64,000 bases of DNA from an uncultured Actinomycetes bacterium. GTDB lineage: Bacteria > Actinomycetota > Thermoleophilia > Gaiellales > Gaiellaceae. The stretch covers positions 234,138 to 298,137 of the forward strand of contig CAVUMO010000001.1 of the NCBI GenBank assembly GCA_963742625.1, read 5' to 3'. The stretch's first letter is position 1. The number at the start of each line of letters is the position of its first letter. Shown here in pieces: positions 1 through 9,116 of this stretch. Made by a program: the position numbers and the translations under genes. The notes below the pieces were generated by a model. The model was not told where the DNA came from. It was given only the letters and a program-made list of their open reading frames with translations, and ran no database searches.

Positions 1-919
1 CGGTCGTCACCACGCGGATGCCGTGCTCTTCCATCAGCCGGTGGAACCCCAGGTTCGTCATCGTGGTGACGACGACGAGCTCGGGCTCGAGGGCAAGCGC
101 GCAGATCGCGAGGATCTGGTCGCCGTCGACGGTCTCCCCCGCGGCGTCGACCGCGAGCATCCGGTCGCCGTCGCCGTCGAACGCGACACCGAGGTCGTAC
201 CTGCCCGAGCGGACGGTCGAGCGCAGCAGCGAGAGGTCGGTCGCGCCGCAGCCGACGTTGATGTTCGTCCCGTCGGGCGCGCTCGCGATCGACGTCACCT
301 CCGCCCCGAGGCGCTCGAAGACCGCCGGCGCGATGTCGGAGTACGCACCGTTCGCGCAGTCGACGGCGATCCGCAGGCCCGAGAGATCCGAGCCGAAGTG
401 CTCGACGACGTGGTCGACGTAGCCCGCCGCGGCATGTTCGACGTGCTCGATCGCGCCGCCCCCCGGCCCCGGGGTGTCCATCAGGGCCTCGATCTCGAGC
501 TCGTCGGCGTCGACGAGCTTGTGCCCCTCGTGGTCGAAGACCTTGACGCCGTTGTACTCGGGCGGGTTGTGCGACGCCGAGACGACGAGCCCGAGGTCCT
601 GCGCGAGGAGGGCGACGGCCGGGGACGGGAGCACTCCCGCGAGCACGGCCGTTCCTCCCGCGTCGACGATCCCTCGCGCGAGCGCCTCCTCCAGCTCCGG
701 GCCGGAGCCGCGCGTGTCTCGTCCGACGAGGACACGGCCGCGTCCCGACCACAGCGTCACCGCGCGACCGACGCGCTCGACGAGCTGCGGAGTCAGCGTC
801 TCGCCGACGACGCCGCGGACGCCGTCCGTGCCGAACCAGCGCCTCTTGCGCGGCTCGTCTCCGGCGAGCAGCCCGTCCAGATGTAGGCCCCGAGTCTCCC
901 TCAACGACGTTCTCCCCAC
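1..919 (-). CDS. glmM: phosphoglucosamine mutase; the 5' part of the gene is present and the 3' end lies beyond the left window edge
   Basis: Reverse translation gives RRWFGTDGVRGVVGE and VVSASHNPPEYNGVKVFDHEG (phosphohexomutase active-site Ser loop). It lies directly downstream of rplM-rpsI. It is absent from the ORF track because it runs off the edge. The GTG start at 919 is tentative. Confidence 0.85.
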   Translation of the reverse strand, partial: MGRTSLRETRGLHLDGLLAGDEPRKRRWFGTDGVRGVVGETLTPQLVERVGRAVTLWSGRGRVLVGRDTRGSGPELEEALARGIVDAGGTAVLAGVLPSPAVALLAQDLGLVVSASHNPPEYNGVKVFDHEGHKLVDADELEIEALMDTPGPGGGAIEHVEHAAAGYVDHVVEHFGSDLSGLRIAVDCANGAYSDIAPAVFERLGAEVTSIASAPDGTNINVGCGATDLSLLRSTVRSGRYDLGVAFDGDGDRMLAVDAAGETVDGDQILAICALALEPELVVVTTMTNLGFHRLMEEHGIRVVTT

Positions 920-963
920 CGACGCACAGTGGTCGGTAGAGGCACTTCCCGCAAGGGAAGCGC

Positions 964-1359
964 CTAGCGCTTGCTGAACTGCGGCGCCTTGCGCGCCTTG
1001 TGCAGGCCGGCCTTCTTGCGCTCGACCTTCCGGGCGTCCCGCGTGAGGAAGCCCTGCCGCTTGAGTGGGACGCGAAGCTCCGGATCGGCCTCGACCAGTG
1101 CGCGGGCGATCCCGTGCCTCACCGCCCCCGCCTGACCGCTGATGCCACCGCCGTGCACCCGCACGCGGAGGTCGTAGCGGCCTTCTGCCTCGGCGACCTT
1201 GAGGGGTGCGAGCGCGAGCGTCCGCTGGGACGCACGCGGAAAGTACTCCTCGATCGTGCGGCCGTTGATCCAGCTGCCGCCGTCGCCGGGACGCAGGATC
1301 ACGCGCGCGACCGACGTCTTGCGCTTGCCCGTGCCGCGGTAGGTCGCGAGCTCTGCCAT
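964..1359 (-). CDS. rpsI: 30S ribosomal protein S9
   Basis: 131-aa ORF with [31 protein letters not shown] and the C-terminal [11 protein letters not shown] typical of uS9. It abuts rplM. Confidence 0.97.
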   Translation of the reverse strand: MAELATYRGTGKRKTSVARVILRPGDGGSWINGRTIEEYFPRASQRTLALAPLKVAEAEGRYDLRVRVHGGGISGQAGAVRHGIARALVEADPELRVPLKRQGFLTRDARKVERKKAGLHKARKAPQFSKR

Positions 1360-1788
1360 CTAGAGCGCCAGGTCCCTCGGCGACTGGGCGGCGTGCGGGT
1401 GCTCGGGGCCGGCATACACCTTCAGTTTCCGCAGCTGCACCGCGGCGAGGCGGTTCTTCGGGAGCATGCCCTTGACGGCCTTGCGAATGACCTCCGTCGG
1501 GCGCCGGTCGAGCTGCTCGCGCAGCGTGCGCTCCTTGAGGCCGCCCGGGTACCCGGTGTGCCAGCGCACCATCTTCTCGTCGAGCTTCTTGCCCGTCACG
1601 TGGATCTTCTCGGCGTTCACGACGATCACGAAGTCACCGGTGTCGACGTGCGGCGTGTACACGGGCTTCCCCTTGCCACGCAGCGTGTCCGCGATCGCCG
1701 TCGCCAGACGCCCCAGGGTCTTGCCCTCGGCGTCCACGACGTACCAGTCGCGCTGGATCTCGCCCGGCTTGGCGGTATAGGTCGTCAT
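1360..1788 (-). CDS. rplM: 50S ribosomal protein L13
   Basis: 142-aa ORF with [17 protein letters not shown] and [11 protein letters not shown]...HTGYPGG typical of uL13. Confidence 0.97.
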   Translation of the reverse strand: MTTYTAKPGEIQRDWYVVDAEGKTLGRLATAIADTLRGKGKPVYTPHVDTGDFVIVVNAEKIHVTGKKLDEKMVRWHTGYPGGLKERTLREQLDRRPTEVIRKAVKGMLPKNRLAAVQLRKLKVYAGPEHPHAAQSPRDLAL

Positions 1789-1844
1789 CGCTCGGAAAGA
1801 GGGCAGTCGGGTGACCGCCGGCGGCGGAGTGTAGCAGCCCGGCG

Positions 1845-2798
1845 TCAGACGGCGATCTCGGCCGGAAGCTCACGCGGCACCTCTTCGGCGTCGAGCTCGT
1901 GCCTCGTGCGGACGTCCATGTAGACGAACGTGGTCACGAGGGCGACGTACGGCAGCGTCAACGCATAGACGACGCCCGCGACGAGGTTCAGGAGCGCGAG
2001 CGAGGAGTTCGACGCGAAGATCAGGAGTGCGCCGACCAGCGGGCCGGCGACGAGCGCGATCGCGGTGCTGAGCCCGACGAGCGAGCCGACGCGGATCCAG
2101 TGCCCGCGCACGAGCTCGCCGCTCCGCCGGAGCGCGGCGCGGCGCGAGAGGTCGTCCAGCTCCACGACCTGCGCGAGGAGCGACCAGCGGACGGCAAGCC
2201 AGATCGCGACGGGGATCAGGAAGCCCGTCGTCGTCAGCGCGACCCAGATCAGCGAGACGACGGCGACGGTCGCGAGGAGCGGGCCGAGGCGACGAAGCGC
2301 GAAGCGGTACGCGTCCGCCGCATTGACCTTGCGCCCCCCGTCGAGCTCGACGAGGGCGCGTGCGGTCGCCGTCTGCACGACGCCGAATGCGCCCAACGTC
2401 AGCAGGAGGCCGACCACCAGCGAGAGGTACGTGACGAGCCCCGCGAGGTCGCCGGTGACGCTGCCGAAGGCGTCCGCGAGCTGCAGCAGGAGCCACTGCA
2501 GCACGGTGATCGCCAGGACCACGGGGATCAGGAGGACGCCGAGCCCGAGGAAGAGCCGCAGGTGGCCGACGTACATCCGCGCCGACCCGGAGAGGATCTG
2601 GCCCCAGGCGCGTCGCCTCGAGACGCGGAACGGCGCGACCGGCGTCCACGTCGCCTTGACGATCGCGAACACGAGCGCGGCCACGAGCAGCCCGAGGACC
2701 AGAACCGTCGCGCCCGGGTTCCGCAGGAGCTTGATCAGGGCGGAGGAGCCGCGCTCGACGCTCGTGCAGAAGAAATCGGTCGCGCCCGTGCCGAGCAC
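1845..2798 (-). CDS. polytopic membrane domain protein; probably the C-terminal part of the upstream Vps62-like gene after a frame change
   Basis: 317-aa ORF with several long hydrophobic segments and normal residue composition. Its frame is open upstream of the GTG at 2798. The overlapping frame of ORF 1870..3768 is Arg-rich nonsense over this span. Confidence 0.6.
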   Translation of the reverse strand: MLGTGATDFFCTSVERGSSALIKLLRNPGATVLVLGLLVAALVFAIVKATWTPVAPFRVSRRRAWGQILSGSARMYVGHLRLFLGLGVLLIPVVLAITVLQWLLLQLADAFGSVTGDLAGLVTYLSLVVGLLLTLGAFGVVQTATARALVELDGGRKVNAADAYRFALRRLGPLLATVAVVSLIWVALTTTGFLIPVAIWLAVRWSLLAQVVELDDLSRRAALRRSGELVRGHWIRVGSLVGLSTAIALVAGPLVGALLIFASNSSLALLNLVAGVVYALTLPYVALVTTFVYMDVRTRHELDAEEVPRELPAEIAV

Positions 2799-2829
2799 GC
2801 CGCCCGTCGGGACTGCGTAGCTCGCGGTC

Positions 2830-3768
2830 GCGCCAGCCGTCCGCCCATTCGAGCGGGGCCGCCCATTGCGTCTTGAGGTTCGGCCCAGTCGGCCCGTTGA
2901 AGAACGCCTGCTGCAACTCGCCCCAGCGGCCCTCGTAGGTGATCCACGGGTACGCGGAGGCCGCGGCCTGTGCGTCGCTCGGAATCGTGCGAACGACCGG
3001 GCGGATCTGGACGTGGGGCCCGCGCGTGTCGTCGCAGCCGACGCCCGCGTCGGCGGAGCTGCCGATGTACAGCGCGGACGTGAACTTGTTCGCGTGCGAG
3101 CCCGCCGCCGGGTAGACGACGGGGTGGGTGTCGTCGACGACCTCGAGCTTCTCGTCGCCCCACGTCGCGCGCTCCGCCCCCTCGTGCGAGCTGTAGCCGG
3201 CCTCGGTCGGGTGCGCGGCGCGCAGCGCCTCCGACGCGTCCGGCGCGTCGAAGACCAGCTGGATCATCTCCCAGTCGCCCTCGTGCTTGTTGTTGAAGTC
3301 GTTGAAGGCGTAGAAGAACCAGTATTGGAGCGCCACCTTGCCCGGTGCGGTCGGGTCGGTCGCGACATGCGCGTAGACGGTCGGCGGCGAGCCCTTCTCC
3401 AGCCTTCGCGCCCACCGCTCGTAGTCGCAGCCCGGGTCGAGCGCGCTCCCCGGGAAGTCGAGGTGGTACTCGAAGAGGCCCGCGAGGTCCTTGGCGGTCG
3501 GCCCGATCTTCACGAGATCGGTGGAGTTCCACGGGCCGCGGAGCGCGACCGTCGAGTCGCCGAAGAGGCGGTCGACGTCCATCGGCCGGTACGGCTCGCC
3601 GGGCCCGCATTCCTCCGTCTGCTCGACCAGCCGGACCACCGGCGCGTACTTCTCTCCGAGATCCTGCTCGGCGTCCGCCCAGGCCGGGACGGCGCAAAGA
3701 AGGGCGCACGTCCCCGCGAGCCCCGCGAGGGCCGCGAGCCGGCCGGCCCGGGGAAGGCGAGGACCCAC
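2830..3768 (-). CDS. exported Vps62/DUF946-like domain protein (N-terminal part of ORF 1870..3768)
   Basis: Signal-like N-terminus (LAALAGLAGTCALLCAVPAWA) followed by QYWFFYAFNDFNNKHEGDWEMIQLVF, which I recognise as Vps62-type. Protein-like composition ends near ...PLEWADGW at about 2830. The 3' boundary is uncertain. Confidence 0.6.
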
Positions 3769-3842
3769 GGCCGAAGCCTACGACGGCGCGCGGACGCCCG
3801 CCGTGCCTGGATCGCGCATGTGGAGCGGGTGCTCTAGTATCG

Positions 3843-3940
3843 AAGGACGAACCGGGGAGCTCGGAGGACCGGGCTGAGAGGGCGGCTGACGCGCCGCCGA
3901 CCCGCAGAACCTGATCTGGGTAATGCCAGCGGAGGAACGG
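3843..3940 (+). promoter_or_regulatory. TPP (THI-box) riboswitch
   Basis: Contains CCGGGGAGC...GGGCUGAGAG and ACCCGCAGAACCUGAUCUGGGUAAUGCCAGCGGAGGAA, matching the conserved THI element core. It sits immediately 5' of a thiamine pyrophosphokinase/thiamine ABC operon. Confidence 0.9.
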
Positions 3941-3942
3941 AC

Positions 3943-4581
3943 GTGACTGATCTCGATGTCGTGGTCGTCGCCTCGGGGGAGGGGCCCGAGTTGACGCTTC
4001 CCCGCGCGACGCGCGTCGTCGCGGCGGACGGCGGCCTGCTGCGCGCCCGAGCGCTCGGCCTCGACGTGGACGTCGTCGTCGGCGACCTGGACTCGGTGAC
4101 GCCCGAGGCGCTCGCCGCCGCCGAGACGGCCGGCGCGCGCGTCGTGCGCCACCCGCCCGCGAAGGACGCAACCGATCTCGAGCTCGCGCTCGACGAGGCC
4201 GCCGCGCTCGGTGCGAGCCGGGTGCTGGTCGTCGCGAGCGCGGAGGGGCGCCTCGACCATCTCCTCGGCTCGCTCCTGCTCCTCGCGGCGGAACGGTATG
4301 CCGCTCTCGAGCTCGACGCGCTCGTCGGCGAGGCGCTCGTGCACGTCGTCCGGGGGGAGCGAACGCTGTCCGGCGCACGCGCCGAACTCGTGAGCCTGCT
4401 CGCGGTCGGCGGTCCTGCCCTCGGGGTGGTGACCGAGGGCCTCGAGTATCCGCTGCGCCGGGAGACTCTCGAGCCCGGATCGAGCCGCGGCATCTCCAAC
4501 GTCTTCACGGGCACGGAGGCCCGCGTCGCACTCGCCGAAGGCGTCCTCCTTGCGATCCGCCCCGCCGGAGCAGGGGCATGA
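3943..4581 (+). CDS. thiN: thiamine pyrophosphokinase
   Basis: 212-aa ORF with a TPK-like layout (VVGDLDS, KDATDLELAL, C-terminal thiamine-binding half). It lies downstream of the TPP riboswitch and has an ATGA overlap with the next gene. Confidence 0.8.
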   Translation: MTDLDVVVVASGEGPELTLPRATRVVAADGGLLRARALGLDVDVVVGDLDSVTPEALAAAETAGARVVRHPPAKDATDLELALDEAAALGASRVLVVASAEGRLDHLLGSLLLLAAERYAALELDALVGEALVHVVRGERTLSGARAELVSLLAVGGPALGVVTEGLEYPLRRETLEPGSSRGISNVFTGTEARVALAEGVLLAIRPAGAGA

Positions 4582-5642
4582 GGATGCTTGCAACAGTGTG
4601 TTGCAAGGTCGCCGCGGGCGTCGCCTCCGTGGTCGTCGTCGTCCTGTTCGCCGCAGGCTGCGGCGGAGGCGGGGGCACGCCGAAAGAGGTCGTCCTCGTC
4701 ACCCACGACTCCTTCGCGATCTCGAAGGACGTGAAGGCGGCGTTCGAACGGGAGAGCGGCCTGAAGCTCCGGATCCTCCAGGGCGGCGACGCGAACGAGA
4801 TGCTCAACCGCGCCCTCCTCACCGCCGGTGACCCGCAGGGCGACGTTATCTTCGGGATCGACGACAGCATCCTCTCGCGTGCCCTCGCCGCCGACCTGCT
4901 CGAGGAGTACCGCTCCCCGGAGCTCACGACGCTGCAGCCCGACTTCTCCTCGCCCGACGCCCATGTCACGCCGGTCGATCACGGCGAGGTCTGCCTCAAC
5001 GTCGACCGCGGGTGGTTCGCGTCGCACCGGATCCCGCCTCCTACCACCCTCGCCGACCTCGTCCGCGCGCGGTATCGCAACCTGCTCGTCGTCGAGAATC
5101 CCGCGACGTCCTCCCCCGGCCTGGCGTTCATGCTCGCGACCGTCGCGACCTTCGGCGACCGCTGGGAGGCGTACTGGCGCGCCCTCCGCGCAAACGGTGT
5201 CCTCGCCGTCGACGGGTGGGAAGAGGCCTACACGCAGCAGTTCTCCGGCGCGGCCGGAAGCCCGGGCAAGCGCCCCATCGTGGTCTCGTACGCCTCGAGC
5301 CCCGCGGCCGAGGTGATCTTCGCCTCGAAGCCGCTCGCGACGGCACCGACCGCGGCGGTCGAGGAAGGGTGCTACCGGCAGGTCGAGTACGCGGGCGTGC
5401 TCGAGGGGGCGCGGAACGAGGAGGGCGCGAAGGAGCTGATCGACTTCATGCTCTCCCGCCGGTTCCAGGCGGACGTCCCCGGCTCGATGTTCGTCTACCC
5501 CGTGCGGCAGGGCGTCTCGCTGCCCGAGGCGTTCGTGAAGCACGCGCTCGTCCCGAAGGATCCGCTCGCGCTGCCCGCGAGCGAGATCGACGCGAACCGC
5601 GACCGGTGGCTCGCAGCGTGGACCGACATCGTCGTGCGCTGA
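4578..5642 (+). CDS. thiB: thiamine ABC transporter substrate-binding lipoprotein
   Basis: 354-aa ORF with a lipobox (LFAAGCGGGG) and periplasmic-binding-protein composition similar to TbpA/ThiB. It is in the riboswitch-controlled operon with a permease and an ATPase. Confidence 0.8.
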   Translation: MRMLATVCCKVAAGVASVVVVVLFAAGCGGGGGTPKEVVLVTHDSFAISKDVKAAFERESGLKLRILQGGDANEMLNRALLTAGDPQGDVIFGIDDSILSRALAADLLEEYRSPELTTLQPDFSSPDAHVTPVDHGEVCLNVDRGWFASHRIPPPTTLADLVRARYRNLLVVENPATSSPGLAFMLATVATFGDRWEAYWRALRANGVLAVDGWEEAYTQQFSGAAGSPGKRPIVVSYASSPAAEVIFASKPLATAPTAAVEEGCYRQVEYAGVLEGARNEEGAKELIDFMLSRRFQADVPGSMFVYPVRQGVSLPEAFVKHALVPKDPLALPASEIDANRDRWLAAWTDIVVR

Positions 5643-7213
5643 CCCCGCGCAGCGCGCCGCGCGGGCGGCGACCGTCGCCGGGCCGCTCGCGTTCCTCGCC
5701 CTGTTCTTCGCGTGGCCGCTGGTCGCGATCCTCCGTCGGAGCCTCGTCGTGGACGGGTCGCTCGACCTGCCGTTCGACGTCCTCACCGCCTCGTCCACGC
5801 GCGAGATCGCCTGGTTCACGTTCTGGCAGGCGACGGTCTCCACCGTCCTGACGCTGCTCGCGGGACTGCCGCTCGCCTGGGCGCTCGCGCGGTTCTCGTT
5901 CCGAGGGCGCTCGCTCGTAGAGGCCCTCGTGCTCGTCCCGTTCGTCCTGCCGACGATCGTCGTCGCCACCGCGTTCATCGCGCTCCTCCCGGACGGGGTC
6001 GAGCGATCGGTGTGGGCGATCCTGATCGCGCACGTCTTCTTCAACGTCGCGGTCGTCGTGCGCGTGGTCGGCGCCTTTTGGTCGGGTCTCGACGAGCGGC
6101 TCTGGGACGCGGCCGCGACGCTCGGCGCAGGGCCGACGCAGCGGCACCTGCGGCTGACGGTCCCGCTGCTCGCGCCGGCGCTGGCGTCGGCCGCGTCGAT
6201 CGTGTTCCTCTTCTGCTTCACCTCGTTCGGGGTGATCGTCGTCCTCGGCGGGATCCGCTACTCGACGCTCGAGACGGAGATCTACAACGAGGCCGCGCGC
6301 CTCTTCGACCTGCGCGCGGCCGCGGCGCTCGCCCTCCTTCAGCTCGCCGCGGTCGCCGCGGTCGTGATCGTCTCCGGGGTGCTCGAGCGGCGCCTCGGCG
6401 GCGCCCGACGTCCCGGGCGGCCCGCCCCGAGGCCCACCGGGGGCCGCCGGTTCGCGGTCTACGGGATCGTCGTCGGGTCGGTCGCCCTCCTCCTGCTTCC
6501 TCCGATCGCGCTCGTGTTGCGCTCTCTCCGCGTCGGGGACGGCTACGGCCTCGACCACTTCGCCTCGCTGTTCGACGAGACGCCGGCGCTGCTCGTGACC
6601 CCGTGGCACGCTGTCGTCTACTCGCTTCTCTTCGCGACGGCGGCCGCCGCTGATCGCGCTCGCCGTGGGGGTCCCCGCCGCGTTCGCGGTGGCGAGGGGG
6701 ACGCGCGGGGTCGACGCACTGCTGATGCTGCCGCTCGGCGCCTCCGCCGTGATGCTGGGGTTCGGCTTCCTGCTCGCGTTCGCCGACCCTCCGCTCGACC
6801 TCCGCTCGTCCGTCGCGATCGTGCCGCTCGCCCAGGCGCTCGTCGCGACGCCGTTCGTCGTCCGCTCGCTCGCCCCCGCGCTCCGCGCCCGTGACCCGCG
6901 CCTGCCCGACGCCGCCGCGGTGCTCGGCGCGTCCCCGGGGCGCGTGCGTCGCGAGATCGAGCTGCCTCTGCTGGCACGCCCGCTCGCCGTCGCGGCGGCG
7001 CTCGCCTTCGCAGTCGCTGTCGGCGAGTTCGGTGCGACGGTCTTCGTCGTGCAGGCCGACCGGCCGACGGTGCCGGTCGCGATCTTCCGCTTCCTGGGCA
7101 GGCCGGGCGCCGAAAACGTCGGCACCGCGATGGCGCTCTGCGTCGTCTTGATGGCGCTCGTCACGACGGTCGCGCTCGTGTCGCAACGGGCGCTCGGGAG
7201 AGGCGCGCGGTGA
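5641..7213 (+). pseudogene. thiP: thiamine ABC transporter permease (two-domain ThiP type), interrupted by a frame change near 6641-6656; the start codon is unclear
   Basis: ORF 5749..6894 is protein-like only up to ...AVVYSLLFATAAAA. ORF 6665..7213 in another frame continues with (L)IALAVGVPAAFAVARG... and a second permease domain. A membrane-like segment (PLAFLALFFAWPLVAIL) is encoded in frame upstream of the first GTG. Confidence 0.75.
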
Positions 7214-8172
7214 GGCTCTCGCTGGAGCACGTCGACGTGACCATCGAGGGCGAGCCGATCGTCGACGACGTTTCCCTCGACGTGGCGTCGGGCGAGCGCC
7301 TCGCGCTCCTCGGCCCGAGCGGCGCGGGCAAGTCGACGCTCCTGCGCGTCGTCGCGGGGCTCGAGCGGCCGACGGCAGGACGCGTGCTTGTCGACGACGA
7401 CGACCTGACGACCGTGCCCGCGCATCTGCGCGGGATCGGGCTCGTGTTCCAGGACGCCGCGCTGTTCCCCCATCGGACGGTGGCCGAGAACGTCGGCTTC
7501 GGCCCGAAGGTCGCCGGGCTGCCTCGCGCGGCGCAGGATGAGCGCGTCGCCGAGACACTCGCCCTCGTCGGCCTAGGGCACGCCGGCGACCGCGACGTCA
7601 CGACGCTCTCGGGCGGCGAGGCACAGCGGATCGCGCTCGCGCGCGCGCTGGCGCCCCGCCCGTCGGCGCTCCTCCTCGACGAGCCCCTGGGCGCGCTCGA
7701 CGGCCCGCTGCGCCTACGGCTCCAGGAGGACCTCCGCGCGCTCTTCGAGCGGCTTGCGCTCACCGTCGTCCACGTGACGCACGACGTCGGCGAGGCGTTC
7801 GCGCTCGGCGACCGCGTCGCGATCCTCCGGGCCGGCCGGCTCGCGCAGGTCGCGCGGCCGGAGGAGCTGTGGGCGCGGCCCGCCGACGACTGGGTCGCCC
7901 GCTTCCTCGGCATGCGCAACGTCGTGCGCGACGGCGACCGGGCGACGGTCACCCGTCCCGAAGCCGTTCGCATCGGCCCCGGAACGGGAGCGACCGTGCT
8001 CGCTGCCGACCGGGACGGCGCAGTCGTCCGCCTCCGGATCAGGCGGGACGACGGCGTCGAGCTCGACGCGGTCTCGCTCGATCCCGTGGCGGCGGCGGGG
8101 GCCACGGTCTCGGTCGAGATCGATCCGGCCGGCGTCCTCGAGGTGCCCGTCTGGCGGGGAGACGACGGCTAG
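7210..8172 (+). CDS. thiQ: thiamine/ABC transporter ATP-binding protein
   Basis: Walker A GPSGAGKST, signature LSGGEAQR and Walker B LLLDEP. GTGA overlap with the permease. Confidence 0.9.
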   Translation: MRLSLEHVDVTIEGEPIVDDVSLDVASGERLALLGPSGAGKSTLLRVVAGLERPTAGRVLVDDDDLTTVPAHLRGIGLVFQDAALFPHRTVAENVGFGPKVAGLPRAAQDERVAETLALVGLGHAGDRDVTTLSGGEAQRIALARALAPRPSALLLDEPLGALDGPLRLRLQEDLRALFERLALTVVHVTHDVGEAFALGDRVAILRAGRLAQVARPEELWARPADDWVARFLGMRNVVRDGDRATVTRPEAVRIGPGTGATVLAADRDGAVVRLRIRRDDGVELDAVSLDPVAAAGATVSVEIDPAGVLEVPVWRGDDG

Positions 8173-9055
8173 CGCCAGCTCGTCGCCGTGTCGGCGAAGC
8201 GGCTGTGCGAGACGTTGCGCTGCCGCGTGCCGTCCGCGCGCATGACGTACACCTGCTCGTGCCCGTCGCGGTCGCTCGTGAAGACGATCTCCCGGCCGTC
8301 CGGCGACCATGCTGCCGCCGTATCCTGCCCCGCGCCGCGCGTGAGCCGCCGTTCGTTCGCTCCGGTCGCGTCGACGACGAAGACGTCGGCACCGGGTCCG
8401 TCCGCGTCGAAGCGCGTGAAGAGGACGCTGCGGCCGTCCGGGACCACCCCGCGGGCTGCTCGAGCTCGGGCGTGTCGGTCAGACGAGCAAGCATGCGGCC
8501 GCGCCGATCGACGACGAACAAGTCGCCGTCGGACGCCCTCGTCGGCGCGTCGAGCACGAGGCGCGAGCCGTCGGGCGACCAACGCGCGAACTGGCCGCGC
8601 GCAAGTCTCCTGCCGCCGCTCCCGTGCAGGCGCACGAGCCAGATCGAGGATCGGTGCCAGTCGCCGCCGACTTGCCGTGAGTAGCTGAGCAGCGACCCGT
8701 CGGGCGACCACGCGGGATCGAGCTCGTAGGCGCTCGTCCCCGCCAGCGTCCGGCGGCCGGTCCCGTTCCGGCGGACGACCTGGACGTCGAAGTCGCTCAT
8801 CGGCCGCTTACCGGGCGCCGCGCCGTCGAACGCGAGCCAACGCCCATCCGGCGACGGGGTCGGGCGCTTTGCGTTCTGCGGCGTCTCGTAGGCGGGCCTG
8901 ATCCGCGTGCCGTCGGGCGCGATCGCGTAGAGCGACGGCCGACCGCGATCGCTCCAGAAGAAGATCGTGCCGCCGCCGGGCGACGGCAGCGCGACAGCGT
9001 GGGCCGGCGCCGCCACCACGACGGCTGCGACCACGGCGAGCGGACGATGGCTCAT
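8169..9055 (-). pseudogene. TolB-like beta-propeller (WD40-like repeat) exported protein, frame change near 8436-8446
   Basis: The N-terminal part (from ATG 9055, MSHRPLAVVAAVVVAAPAHA...) carries repeated SPDG motifs: PSPDGRWLAF, AWSPDGSLLSY, RWSPDGSRLVL. Sense is lost after ...TPELEQPAG and resumes in ORF 8169..8711 (...PDGRSVLFTR..., AAWSPDGREIVFTSDRDG). The span length is 887 nt, which is not a multiple of 3. Confidence 0.75.
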
Positions 9056-9116
9056 GGCTCGGTTACGCCCGGTGCGCGGTCGGGGTTCCCGGGTCACCGC
9101 GCGCGGAGCGGCCCGC

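Noticed and set aside
1870-3768. Reading ORF 1870..3768 as one intact 632-aa protein
   Set aside because: The C-terminal ~300 residues are Arg/Pro/Gly nonsense, while the overlapping frame encodes a convincing membrane protein. I treated it as a frame change instead.
4587-4607. Palindrome CTTGCAACA-GTG-TGTTGCAAG at the thiB start, sharing the 12-mer CTTGCAACAGTG with 19860-19871 at the rph/rdgB junction
   Set aside because: It is striking for an AT-rich 12-mer in this genome. However, both occurrences are within or abutting coding sequence and there are only two copies, so I cannot separate a regulatory motif from chance without a genome-wide motif count.
3834-6221. 795-aa minus-strand ORF (and similar ones at 5446..7473, 6218..7558, 2735..4378)
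   Set aside because: They lie opposite the clearly real thiN/thiB/thiP genes and are Arg/Ser/Ala/Pro-rich low-complexity translations, so they are shadow frames.
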